Of a DNA stretch of 64,000 bases, positions 10,713-20,139 are shown piece after piece. The translations under genes were made by a program, and so were the position numbers. Where the stretch lies: assembly GCA_963700635.1 (NCBI GenBank), contig CAVOYH010000001.1, positions 460,681 through 524,680 on the forward strand, read 5' to 3'. The notes beneath the pieces are model-generated. The model did no database searches, was not told where the DNA came from, and saw only the letters and a list, made by a program, of their open reading frames with translations. Each line of letters starts with the position of its first letter. Position 1 is the first letter of the stretch. This stretch comes from an uncultured Bacteroidota bacterium. Lineage in GTDB: Bacteria; Bacteroidota; Ignavibacteria; UBA10030; UBA6906.

Positions 10713-12556
10713 TCATATACCGCAGGGTTCTCCGGTATCTCCGGCCGTACTGGCACAAGCTGGCGGCATCCATGGCGTGCTCCGTCATGTTCTCACTGTC
10801 CAGCGGCCTGTCCATTTATCTGACCATCCCGCTTCTCGAAACGTTGTTCTTCACCCCCTCCACCGACGCTCCGGTGGCGCCGGCTGCAACACCGGCATTG
10901 TCCATAATGCCCGGCTGGATGGTTACGCTGAAAGACGATGTGTCGCATCTCTTTCAGGAGCTGATCTTCCGGGACAACCCGGCCGATTCGCTGTTTAATA
11001 TCTGCATTGTGGTTGTTGCAGCATTCTTTCTCCGGAATATTTTCGGATATCTCCAGTCAAATTTGATGGTGGCCGTGGAACAGGGACTGATCCGTGATCT
11101 GCGGAATTCCCTCTACGGGCACATCCATGCATTGCCCCTGGCCTATTTCACCAATGAGCGCACCGGCAATCTCATTTCGCGGATCATGAACGACGTCCCT
11201 GTCATTAATACGGGCATATCCGCGACGTTTCAGACACTTATCCGCGAACCGATGCTCATTACTGTGTACCTGACGATCACACTGATCATCAGCTGGAAAC
11301 TGACGCTGATTGCATTTGTCGTGTTTCCTCTCGCGCTGCTGGTGATTGCCGGAATCGGGAGGCGTGTGCACCGCGAATCGGGGTTTGTGCAGGAACGAAT
11401 TGCCGATCTGACTTCGGTGCTGCACGAGACGATCTCGGGAGTCAAGGTGGTGAAGGCGTTCGGGATGGAAGAGTTTGAGAACCGGAAGTTTGCCCGCGAA
11501 GGGCAGGGGTATCTCGACACCATTCTTCGTGTCACCCGCATCCGGAACCTCGCGTCACCCAGCACCGAGTTTCTGAGCGCTGCCGCAGGAGCCGTCATCA
11601 TCTGGTACGGCGGCATGCAGGTGCTGGAACATGGCACACTCAAAGCGAGCGAGTTCCTGGGATTCCTGTTTGCGATTTTCCAGTTGATGCCGCCCATCAA
11701 AGAACTGAGCGGGGTCAACAACCGGATTCAGGAAGCCACTGCAGCCGGAAGACGGGTCTTTGAGATCCTGGACACGGAACCCGGAATCAAAGACCCGGCG
11801 GTGCCCGTCCGGATCGGTGAATTCTCTTCGTCGGTAGAATTCCATCAGGTCGCCTTCCATTATGTAGTGGGAGATCCGGTCCTTGTGGATCTCTCCCTGA
11901 CCATTCAGAAAGGGGAGGTCGTGGCCATCGTCGGCCCCAGCGGAGCCGGGAAATCGACGCTGGTGGACCTCGTCCCCCGGTTTTACGATCCCACAGCCGG
12001 CAGTATCACGATTGACGGTGTGGATCTGCGGGATATCGAAGTGAAGGCATTACGCGACATGATCGGCATCGTCACCCAGGAAACCATACTGTTTAACGAC
12101 ACCGTGCGGAACAACATCGCGTATGGTCTGGACGACTGTTCGATGGAGAGTATTGTGGCGGCGGCAAAAGCCGCGAACGCCCATCGGTTTATCACACAGA
12201 TGCCCGACGGCTACGAATCCCGGATAGGAGAACGCGGGGTGAAGATTTCGGGCGGTGAGAGGCAGCGGCTCGCGCTCGCCCGGGCAATCCTGAAGAACCC
12301 GCCCATTCTGATCCTTGATGAAGCAACCTCGGCCCTTGACACCGAATCCGAGATCCTTGTCCAGGAAGCCATTGAACGGTTGATGGCCGGGCGCACGTCC
12401 ATCGTGATAGCGCACCGGCTTTCAACAGTGCAGCATGCCGACCGCATCGTGGTTATCGAGGGAGGGCGTGTCGTGGAGAGCGGAAAACATACCGATCTCC
12501 TGAAGCAACGGGGGGGACTGTACAAAAAGCTGTTTGACATGCAATTCAGGGTATAG
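10709..12556 (+). CDS. MsbA-like ABC exporter (TMD + NBD)
   Basis: Membrane domain plus Walker A GPSGAGKST, signature ISGGERQR and Walker B ILILDEATSALD. Confidence 0.9.
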   Translation: MIIYRRVLRYLRPYWHKLAASMACSVMFSLSSGLSIYLTIPLLETLFFTPSTDAPVAPAATPALSIMPGWMVTLKDDVSHLFQELIFRDNPADSLFNICIVVVAAFFLRNIFGYLQSNLMVAVEQGLIRDLRNSLYGHIHALPLAYFTNERTGNLISRIMNDVPVINTGISATFQTLIREPMLITVYLTITLIISWKLTLIAFVVFPLALLVIAGIGRRVHRESGFVQERIADLTSVLHETISGVKVVKAFGMEEFENRKFAREGQGYLDTILRVTRIRNLASPSTEFLSAAAGAVIIWYGGMQVLEHGTLKASEFLGFLFAIFQLMPPIKELSGVNNRIQEATAAGRRVFEILDTEPGIKDPAVPVRIGEFSSSVEFHQVAFHYVVGDPVLVDLSLTIQKGEVVAIVGPSGAGKSTLVDLVPRFYDPTAGSITIDGVDLRDIEVKALRDMIGIVTQETILFNDTVRNNIAYGLDDCSMESIVAAAKAANAHRFITQMPDGYESRIGERGVKISGGERQRLALARAILKNPPILILDEATSALDTESEILVQEAIERLMAGRTSIVIAHRLSTVQHADRIVVIEGGRVVESGKHTDLLKQRGGLYKKLFDMQFRV

Positions 12557-12558
12557 TC

Positions 12559-13728
12559 ATGGTCTCCTTCAGGTATCTGATAACCGGACTGCTGTTCATT
12601 TTTGCGGCGTCCTGTTTCTTTTCGATCGCCGTGAATTCCCTGGCGCTCGGCCTCCTCGCGCTCATCTGGGCTGCCGAGATGATCGCCGGGCGGAGATGGA
12701 GTGTCTCTCCCACCCCCTACGACTGGTTCTTCCTTGCGTATGTCGCCGCCGAGTTACTGGCCACGCTCTTTTCGGCCAATCAGGCACAATCATTGCTCTT
12801 TTCGAAGCGCGTTTTGCTGATCGGGGTTGTCTATGCCGTAGTCACCCATCTGCCAGAGGAACGGGATGTCCGTCGGTTTCTGGTCGTCCTGCTCGGAAGC
12901 GCTACGGTGGTGGCTACGATCGGTGTCGCCAAGCTGATCCTTGCGGATCCGGCGGACGTGGTACGGCTTGGCATCTTTCAATTCTACATGACGACCTCCG
13001 AATTGATGATGATTGCGCTTCTGCTTGTCCTGCCCTTCGTGATCACTCCGGGGACGCCGCGCGGGGTCCGGATTGCGGGGATACTCGCGCTTATTCCGCT
13101 GGCGGTCGCACTCTATGCAACGGTGACGCGCGGTGCATACCTTGCCGCAGCCGCGGGAGCGCTCTTTATTAGTGTGGTGAGGAACAGGAAGATGCTGCTG
13201 CCTCTTGCCGGTATCATCCTTCTTGTGATTCTCTTTGCGCCTCCCTATGTTGAACAACGACTCCAGAGTATCGTGGATCCCGGGCACCCGGAAAACGCCA
13301 CCCGGATTGCACTCTGGCAGACGGGATGGACGATCTTCAAGCACTATCCGGTGTTCGGCGTGGGTGACATCGACCTCAGGGAAGTGTACGATGCGTACAC
13401 GGAAGTTGAGAACCCTGAACACCACGGACACCTTCACAGCGTTCCCCTGCAGATACTCGTGACACTCGGCGCCGTCGGGTTTATCGCTCTTTATGCCCTG
13501 TTCTTCCGGATCGCGGTGGTGGAATGGAAGACATACCGGCAGGTGAAGGAAGACTGGTTCCGGGGTTCTGTTGCCCTGGGTGCCCTCGGCGTGTTTGTGG
13601 GCTTTCACGTTATGGGACTTACCGAATGGAGTTTCGGGGATCAGGAAGTCGTGATTCTGTTCTGGATATCGGTGGGTCTCTCTCTCGCGGCTGGACGTTT
13701 GCCTGCGCACACGAACGACAAGGAATAA
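12559..13728 (+). CDS. O-antigen ligase (WaaL/Wzy_C) family membrane protein
   Basis: Multi-TM protein with TVTRGAY, RIALW...YPVFGVG and HLHS motifs; lies among GT2 and MsbA-like genes. Confidence 0.85.
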   Translation: MVSFRYLITGLLFIFAASCFFSIAVNSLALGLLALIWAAEMIAGRRWSVSPTPYDWFFLAYVAAELLATLFSANQAQSLLFSKRVLLIGVVYAVVTHLPEERDVRRFLVVLLGSATVVATIGVAKLILADPADVVRLGIFQFYMTTSELMMIALLLVLPFVITPGTPRGVRIAGILALIPLAVALYATVTRGAYLAAAAGALFISVVRNRKMLLPLAGIILLVILFAPPYVEQRLQSIVDPGHPENATRIALWQTGWTIFKHYPVFGVGDIDLREVYDAYTEVENPEHHGHLHSVPLQILVTLGAVGFIALYALFFRIAVVEWKTYRQVKEDWFRGSVALGALGVFVGFHVMGLTEWSFGDQEVVILFWISVGLSLAAGRLPAHTNDKE

Positions 13729-13740
13729 GGGCCAAGCGCC

Positions 13741-14535
13741 GTGGCGACACTGACGGTTATAACGCTGACGCTGAACGAAGAGCAGAACATCGTTCCCTGC
13801 CTGGAAAGCGTGCGATGGGCTGACGAGATTCTGGTCATCGATTCCGGCAGTACGGATAAGACCGTGGCTCTGGCGCGCACCTTTACAGACCGGATCTATA
13901 CGGTACAATGGGAGGGATACGGAGCGGCCCGTAATGTGGGGCTGACTCATGCATCGGGCGACTGGATCCTCTGGCTGGATGCCGATGAACGGGTGACGCC
14001 CGGACTGGCCTCCGAGATCCGCGACATCATCACGGAGAATGCAGGTGAAATCGACGGGTATGCCGTGGCCCGCAGGGCATATTTCCTCGGCCGGTGGATC
14101 CGACACTGCGGGTGGTACCCGGGGCGGGTGACGCGACTGTTCCGCCGCGGCAAGGGGAGATTCAGCGAGACCCGCGTGCACGAACAATTGTCCATCGATG
14201 GACCTGTGGCCCGCACGCGGCATGATCTGATCCACCTCACCGATCCGGACCTCCAGCACTACCTCCGGAAATTCAACCGTTATACCTCTCTCGCGGCGGA
14301 AGATCTGGCTGCATCGGGCAGAACGTTCTCGATCTTTGATCTCCTCTTCCGCCCGGCATTTCAATTTGTGAAAATGTATATCCTGAGAAGGGGATTTCTG
14401 GACGGAATGGAGGGATTTATCCTGTCGATACTCTCGTCGGCATATGTGTTCACGAAGTACGCAAAACTCCGGGAACATTTGCACCATCAACGCACCCGGC
14501 CGGCACCAGAACGTGTGCCCTTATCCGAAGGTTGA
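13741..14535 (+). CDS. GT2 glycosyltransferase (KdtX/WaaE-like), paralog of 9891..10712
   Basis: TLNEEQ, DSGSTDKT, LDADE and GFLDGMEG. Confidence 0.88.
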   Translation: MATLTVITLTLNEEQNIVPCLESVRWADEILVIDSGSTDKTVALARTFTDRIYTVQWEGYGAARNVGLTHASGDWILWLDADERVTPGLASEIRDIITENAGEIDGYAVARRAYFLGRWIRHCGWYPGRVTRLFRRGKGRFSETRVHEQLSIDGPVARTRHDLIHLTDPDLQHYLRKFNRYTSLAAEDLAASGRTFSIFDLLFRPAFQFVKMYILRRGFLDGMEGFILSILSSAYVFTKYAKLREHLHHQRTRPAPERVPLSEG

Positions 14536-14558
14536 CCAACACCCCGCGGAGGTTCCGA

Positions 14559-14822
14559 ATGGAAGAAGCGCAGAAGTATCAACTTCTTTTTACCCAGCTG
14601 GTGATCATGTTCCATGCCGCCTGCATGCAGCAACTGGGGAAGGTCAAACATCCTGTTACCGAAAAACTCGAAAAGGATCTCCCCGCCGCCCAGAGCACGA
14701 TTGACCTTCTCGACATGCTCCATGCAAAGACCAAAGGAAATCTTTCGCAGGAGGAGGAGCAGCTGGTCACACAGGTGGTCCAGGAGCTCAAGCTCGCATA
14801 CGTGCAGGAAAACAAGCCATGA
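14559..14822 (+). CDS. DUF1844-like protein
   Basis: QLGK..HP...DL..AQ.TIDLLDML..KTKGNL pattern; GGAGG ribosome-binding site before ATG 14559. Confidence 0.75.
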   Translation: MEEAQKYQLLFTQLVIMFHAACMQQLGKVKHPVTEKLEKDLPAAQSTIDLLDMLHAKTKGNLSQEEEQLVTQVVQELKLAYVQENKP

Positions 14823-15697
14823 AACTCTCCATCATCGGAAACCTCGAAAAGCCCGGCCTGCAGGATGCGGTGGCGAAGCTGGTGAGGAGTCTCGGCGAAG
14901 GGAATGGTGATTTTGTGGTTGATGAGCAGATCGGCCCCTTGCTGCGCGGAGCCGGCGTCAAGCTGGCCGACCACCACCTCTGTTCTTTTGACCAGTGTGT
15001 AAAGGAGGGTGACCTGCTTGTCGCGTTCGGGGGAGACGGGACCATCCTTGCCGCTGCAAGCGCAGTCGGTTCCCGCGGGATCCCGATTCTCGGTGTGAAT
15101 CTCGGGAAACTGGGATTTCTTGCGGAGCTCTCTCCGGATGAACTTCCGGCGGTGACCGGAGACCTTCTGGCGGGGCGATTCCTTGTGGAAGAACGGCTCG
15201 TGCTCGAGGCCAGCTCACCCGCACTCTCCGGACCGTCCATCTATGCAGTCAATGACATCGTCGTCTACAAATCGCGGTCCTCCCGGCTTATCGACGTGCA
15301 TACCCACATCAACGGGGCGTTTGCCGTGACCTACCGGGGTGATGGGTTGATTGTATCAACGCCTACGGGATCAACAGGGTACGCACTCTCCAACTTCGGA
15401 CCGATCGTCATACCGACGTGTAATGTTTTTGGCATCACGCCGATCTCTCCACACACGCTGAACGGCAGACCCATCATCGTGCCCGATACAAGCCAGATCC
15501 GGATCGTGGTGGAATCAGACAGTGATGAGGTGCTGTTATCAGCCGATGGTCAGGAAGAGGCTCTGGCGAAACCTCCTCTGGAAGTGGTAATCGGAAAGGC
15601 GGGGTATCCGGTGCGGCTGGTGAAACGTGTGGACCGTTCGTACTTCGATGTGTTGCGGGCAAAACTCTTCTGGGGCGCCGATGCCCGGTCTGTTTAG
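14819..15697 (+). CDS. nadK: NAD kinase
   Basis: GGDGT, GVNLGKLGFL, AVND and DGLIVSTPTGSTGYALS. Confidence 0.95.
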   Translation: MKLSIIGNLEKPGLQDAVAKLVRSLGEGNGDFVVDEQIGPLLRGAGVKLADHHLCSFDQCVKEGDLLVAFGGDGTILAAASAVGSRGIPILGVNLGKLGFLAELSPDELPAVTGDLLAGRFLVEERLVLEASSPALSGPSIYAVNDIVVYKSRSSRLIDVHTHINGAFAVTYRGDGLIVSTPTGSTGYALSNFGPIVIPTCNVFGITPISPHTLNGRPIIVPDTSQIRIVVESDSDEVLLSADGQEEALAKPPLEVVIGKAGYPVRLVKRVDRSYFDVLRAKLFWGADARSV

Positions 15698-16098
15698 TTG
15701 TTGAGGGCTCCTTCGCCGATCCAGGCACGGATGCCGGTGATCTGATTCTGGTTTAATGCCCTGCGGTTCAGCGGCATTTGGGACCCGACCCTTCCTTCTA
15801 TCCTCATCACAAGCGTACTCTGATCTGGCTGTCCCCTGACGATCACAAGTTGCCCGCCGAACATCAGGTTGTCATACGACGTGAGCCGGAGTCCGCTCTG
15901 CTGTTGCCCGTCGGCGTGACAGCCCGTCAGGGCACAGGTCTGATTAAAAAGCGGCTGGACATGCTGGGTGAAGCTCACATTTGCAACCGGAAACACGATA
16001 TTCGAAGGGCTGTCGCCGTCAACGGGGTTCTCATCTTTACAACCAATTCCCGACAGCAAACAGGCGGAGAGAATCAGCAGAGCGATTCGTGTACTCAC
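15694..16098 (-). CDS. Lipoprotein with a cytochrome c-like domain (CX4CH)
   Basis: Lipobox LSGIG-C, VSF..HVQPLF..TCALTGCH and a distal MP...IRAWI..GA. GTG start at 16098 or ATG at 16125. Confidence 0.7.
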   Translation of the reverse strand: MSTRIALLILSACLLSGIGCKDENPVDGDSPSNIVFPVANVSFTQHVQPLFNQTCALTGCHADGQQQSGLRLTSYDNLMFGGQLVIVRGQPDQSTLVMRIEGRVGSQMPLNRRALNQNQITGIRAWIGEGALNN

Positions 16099-16099
16099 G

Positions 16100-16768
16100 T
16101 CATTCTGCCTCGTTTTTTTGCGCATCCAGATACAATATCCCGCTCATGTGTGCCGAAACGACATAACTGTAGAACAGCGTGAAGAACATGCCCACGCCAA
16201 AAAGGAGAATTCCCGCTGGTGCCAGGGACTGAATCCCGACGGCGATGAGCGCGACAATAAGCGCGTTCTGCCAGTGCGCGGTAAATAGTCGGACGACGCG
16301 GACAACATCGATCGCGTCGCTGATATGTTCCCGCTCTGCAAACCGGTAAAGGATGATGGGAGAAATCAGCGTTAAGACCAGTCCGTAGGGGATCAGGAGC
16401 AGCGTGACACCGAACATGTAGATTGTAAAAATGATGGGGATTGCCTCGGTCTCATCTCCGGCGCTGCCTGCGATCAGCAGGCCGGCTACCGGAACGAGCA
16501 GCACCACCAGGACGGGAGTCAGGTACACCGCAAAGGACACGCAAAGTTTGAATCCGAGCACGATCTTCTTGCCGATATTGTTCCATGGCGGAAGTACCGG
16601 CTCTTCCTGGCGGATAACCCGCTGTGTGACCTGTACGAAATAGCCGGCGAGAACCAGGATGCCGATGCCGAAGAAACTCAGGATCATCCAGAGTGCGGCG
16701 CCGGCGGTTTTTGAAGGCCAGGCCGGATCCTTGAAAAACGAAGAGAATGCTTTTCCAATATCGTTCAT
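16100..16768 (-). CDS. DUF4013-like membrane protein
   Basis: DIGKAFS.F.D..W..K and GY......LP.W pattern; multiple TM segments. Confidence 0.7.
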   Translation of the reverse strand: MNDIGKAFSSFFKDPAWPSKTAGAALWMILSFFGIGILVLAGYFVQVTQRVIRQEEPVLPPWNNIGKKIVLGFKLCVSFAVYLTPVLVVLLVPVAGLLIAGSAGDETEAIPIIFTIYMFGVTLLLIPYGLVLTLISPIILYRFAEREHISDAIDVVRVVRLFTAHWQNALIVALIAVGIQSLAPAGILLFGVGMFFTLFYSYVVSAHMSGILYLDAQKNEAE

Positions 16769-16844
16769 GAGAGTTCGGAGGTGTCCCTTGTAGAAGAAGT
16801 ATACGGAAGGTTGGTCTTGTATTCAAGCGCCTCATCGAATCCCA

Positions 16845-16873
16845 TTGCTTTTTTCACGCCTTTTCAGTATTCT
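16845..16873 (+). promoter_or_regulatory. Putative sigma70 promoter of tRNA-Ala
   Basis: TTGCTT-N17-TATTCT about 55 nt upstream of the tRNA. Confidence 0.5.
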
Positions 16874-16930
16874 ATGGTGGAATCTGTGCAGTTGGTCGTG
16901 CTGTGTTTCCCGATTCGGATTATCTCGTGC

Positions 16931-17003
16931 GGGGCTGTAGCTCAGTTGGGAGAGCGCGTGAATGGCATTCACGAGGTCAGGGGTTCGATCCCCCTCAGCT
17001 CCA
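16931..17003 (+). tRNA. tRNA-Ala (anticodon GGC); CCA not encoded
   Basis: Acceptor stem GGGGCTG/CAGCTCC with the G3:U70 Ala determinant, D arm GCTC/GAGC, anticodon arm CGTGA-ATGGCAT-TCACG, T arm AGGGG-TTCGATC-CCCCT. Confidence 0.97.
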
Positions 17004-17055
17004 CATAAGTCAGACTAAGAATTCTGGATTCTCCATCGAGAATTCAGGGTTTCCT

Positions 17056-17078
17056 GGGACCTTCGTCGGGTCCCTTTT
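17056..17078 (+). terminator. Intrinsic terminator after tRNA-Ala
   Basis: GGGACC-N7-GGTCCC followed by TTTT. Confidence 0.65.
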
Positions 17079-17116
17079 GCGTTTTGTAGGCAGGCCCGAA
17101 CAACGTGGGAGCAACC

Positions 17117-19252
17117 ATGAGCCACCCTTCAAACACTAACCGGCTGGCAGCAGAAAAGAGCCCTTATCTTCTCCAGCATGCTACCAATCCGGTGGACTGG
17201 TACCCCTGGGGAGAAGATGCCTTTACCCGTGCCCGGACAGAGGACAGGCCGATATTTCTTTCCATCGGGTACTCTACCTGCCATTGGTGCCATGTTATGG
17301 AAAAAGAGTCCTTTGAAGATCCCGCAATTGCCGGATTGCTTAATAGTCTGTTCATCCCGATCAAGGTGGATCGGGAAGAACGTCCGGATGTTGACCGCAT
17401 GTATATGGCCGCGCTCCAGGCGATGGGACATAACGGCGGCTGGCCGATGTCCCTGTTTCTGACCCCTGACCTGCGTCCGTTCTACGGCGGTACATATTAT
17501 CCGCCCGAGAACCGGTACGGACGCGCCGGTTTCCCCCAGGTCCTCCGCAAGATTGATGAAGTCTGGCGGACCGAACGGAACACGGTGCTTGAGTCAGCCG
17601 GGAAGATCCTGGCCTACCTCGAGGAGGTCGCCGGTGCAACAGGTGAATCGCAGGTTGCGGCTGAGGGTATCGCCGCACGGTGTTTTGACGAGTTTGTGAG
17701 CACTTTTGACAGCGATCACGGTGGATTCGGGGGAGCACCGAAATTCCCCAGGCCCTCCGTCTTCCACTTCCTGGCCCGGCACCATTACCACACAGGGAAC
17801 CGGGAAGCGCTCAGGATGACGGATACCTCCCTGCGCGCCATGGCACGCGGGGGAGTCTACGATCACGTCGGGGGAGGATTACACAGATACTCCGTGGACG
17901 CCGGGTGGAGGGTGCCTCATTTCGAGAAGATGCTCTATGACCAGGCCCAGTTTGTTCACGCCTGCCTGGATATGTTCCAGATCACCCGCGATCCCTTCTT
18001 TGCCTCCCTGGTTTCCGACACGCTCGGGTATGTTCTGCGCGACCTGAAAGGAGGAGACGGGGCCTTTTTTTCCGCTGAGGATGCCGACAGTCCGCGCCCG
18101 GAAAACCCGGTGGAACATGGCGAAGGTGCGTACTACATCTGGACCGGACAGGAAATCAAGAGCCTGCTGCATGATGAAGCATCAGTCTTTTCTTATCACT
18201 ACGGCGTTGAGGAAGACGGCAACGTTCCCGTTGATCCCCAGCATGAATTCACCGGACGGAACATTCTCTACCGCGCCAATGCAGAAGATGACACCGCACG
18301 GTTTGCCGGATGCACTGTTGAAGAACTCCGGGTGCGACTGGCTGCATCCCGCCGGAAGTTGTTTGAGGCCCGGCTTGCGCGCCCGAGACCACAACGTGAT
18401 GACAAGGTCCTGACCTCCTGGAATGGGCTGATGATAGGCGCTGTTGCCAGGGCGTCGTTTGTTCTGGACATCCCGGCATATCTGCATGCGGCGGTTCAGG
18501 CTGCAGAGTTTGTGTTTTCCACGCTCTATGATGTCTGGGGCGGAGTGCTGAAACGCCGGTACCGCGATGGTGAAGCGCGCCATGAAGCTCATCTGGAAGA
18601 CTACGCCTTTTTGTCCAGCGGAATCCTCGCCCTGTATCGCGCTTCCGGAGACGTCACATGGCTGGAACGCGCCGTCGATCTGACGGCGACACAGGTGAGC
18701 CTGTTCTGGGATCAGGAACGCGGGGGGTTCTTCGATACATCGGGCAGGGACAAATCCGTTCTCGTCCGGATGAAAGAGCGGTATGACGGAGCGGAACCAT
18801 CAGGCAATGCGGTGGCGGCTGAAAACCTGATCCAACTCGCCGCGCTTACGGGAAACCCTGAGTACCGGGTAAAAGCAGGAAAGATATTCACCTCACATTC
18901 ACCCTGGCTCGAACGTCAACCCTCGATCATGCCGTACATGGTGTCGGTTGTCGCTGTCGAGGCAGCCGGGGATTCTCAGCTCGTCATCGTGGGAGCGAAT
19001 GACGATCCGCGCACACACGCACTCCGGAAGGAGTTCGCTGTCCGGTTTCTCCCGGCGACTGTGCTTGTGCATGCTGGAGATGGTAAGGATCAGAAACGTG
19101 TTGCGGCGCTCTCTCCCGCAGCAGCCCGGCTGACACAGCACGCGGAGGAACCCACAGCATATCTCTGCGAGAATTTTACCTGCAAGCTTCCGGTTACTTC
19201 CCCCGCTGAGCTCGGGACGCTGCTTGACACAATGCAGCGTCCGCCCACGTGA
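17117..19252 (+). CDS. Thioredoxin-domain protein of the YyaL/SSP411 (DUF255) family
   Basis: [36 protein letters not shown] and [12 protein letters not shown]. Confidence 0.93.
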   Translation: MSHPSNTNRLAAEKSPYLLQHATNPVDWYPWGEDAFTRARTEDRPIFLSIGYSTCHWCHVMEKESFEDPAIAGLLNSLFIPIKVDREERPDVDRMYMAALQAMGHNGGWPMSLFLTPDLRPFYGGTYYPPENRYGRAGFPQVLRKIDEVWRTERNTVLESAGKILAYLEEVAGATGESQVAAEGIAARCFDEFVSTFDSDHGGFGGAPKFPRPSVFHFLARHHYHTGNREALRMTDTSLRAMARGGVYDHVGGGLHRYSVDAGWRVPHFEKMLYDQAQFVHACLDMFQITRDPFFASLVSDTLGYVLRDLKGGDGAFFSAEDADSPRPENPVEHGEGAYYIWTGQEIKSLLHDEASVFSYHYGVEEDGNVPVDPQHEFTGRNILYRANAEDDTARFAGCTVEELRVRLAASRRKLFEARLARPRPQRDDKVLTSWNGLMIGAVARASFVLDIPAYLHAAVQAAEFVFSTLYDVWGGVLKRRYRDGEARHEAHLEDYAFLSSGILALYRASGDVTWLERAVDLTATQVSLFWDQERGGFFDTSGRDKSVLVRMKERYDGAEPSGNAVAAENLIQLAALTGNPEYRVKAGKIFTSHSPWLERQPSIMPYMVSVVAVEAAGDSQLVIVGANDDPRTHALRKEFAVRFLPATVLVHAGDGKDQKRVAALSPAAARLTQHAEEPTAYLCENFTCKLPVTSPAELGTLLDTMQRPPT

Positions 19253-19255
19253 GCC

Positions 19256-19993
19256 TCAGGCCGGAGTGGCCTCACCCAGAGTCAGATTAAGCGTGTAGGT
19301 CCTGCGATCGATCACCAGTGTCGCCTGCTGATTCCCGAGGAATGTGATCGTGGCAGTATAGGCGAAAATATTTCCGGTGCTGGTTTGCCCGCTCATGGAA
19401 AGCGTCGCAGTTCCGCTGGTGATCTTCTTCGTTGCCTTGTCAATCTGAAGTGCCGAGAACGCGAATGTGATGGTGCTGCTGAAATGCACCTTATTCCGCA
19501 CCTTGGATGTCTGGGTACCATAACGATTGTAGACGCCGGTAATCGAATACGCCTGGCCTGAGAGCAGATTTGACGCCTGTAACGTTGCCCATGCCGAATC
19601 GTTTGACGACATTCGCGGCGTGTCATAGACGCCCTTCATGGAGTAGGCAAAGTTAAACTGGTTCGCGTTGGCCAGCCCGTAACTGTACCGGAAGGTGTAC
19701 GTGAAACTGTAGGTGCCGAGCCGCTGGCGGGTGATCGTGGTGTCGAACATGACGCCGGATGAGGCGTCAACTTTTCCGATACCACCCCCTCCCGCCGCTG
19801 TCGCCAATTCCTCAAGTTGTGTGGTCAATCCGCTTGTGGTTGTCCCCCCGCCGAGGGAACTGGCGAAAGCATCGGCGGCATCGTCTGCGCTGAGTGTGAT
19901 GGCATCATCAAGATCTGTCCCCGCGCCGTCATTACAGCCAGAAATCAACACCAACGCAAGAAGAAGTACCGGGATGAAGAAAAGGGATTTCAT
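19256..19993 (-). CDS. Hypothetical beta-rich lipoprotein
   Basis: Signal peptide with lipobox LISG-C; Thr/Ser/Tyr-rich beta-strand pattern. Confidence 0.7.
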   Translation of the reverse strand: MKSLFFIPVLLLALVLISGCNDGAGTDLDDAITLSADDAADAFASSLGGGTTTSGLTTQLEELATAAGGGGIGKVDASSGVMFDTTITRQRLGTYSFTYTFRYSYGLANANQFNFAYSMKGVYDTPRMSSNDSAWATLQASNLLSGQAYSITGVYNRYGTQTSKVRNKVHFSSTITFAFSALQIDKATKKITSGTATLSMSGQTSTGNIFAYTATITFLGNQQATLVIDRRTYTLNLTLGEATPA

Positions 19994-20139
19994 GATTGAG
20001 CGCTCTCGCTGTGATTGAAGACGAAGCGTTTTGCTCTATCATAGCACAACTGGTGTGCCAGTGAAAAACCAGCGAAACCGGGTGCGGATTCGCTGGTTTT
20101 TTGGTGTTCTCGGACAGGCAATAAAAGGCAATCAACCAA

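Noticed and set aside
12790-14490. 566-aa minus-strand ORF (also 4560-5486, 7167-8264, 9405-10493 and similar)
   Set aside because: Antisense shadows of well-supported genes in GC-rich DNA, with no recognisable motifs.
6365-17003. Integrated element defined by the recombinase and tRNA-Ala
   Set aside because: The intervening genes are housekeeping (leuS, LPS, nadK), I found no duplicated tRNA 3' end, and the recombinase active site is degenerate.
16781-17008. 75-aa ORF
   Set aside because: It is a translation of the tRNA-Ala gene and its promoter.
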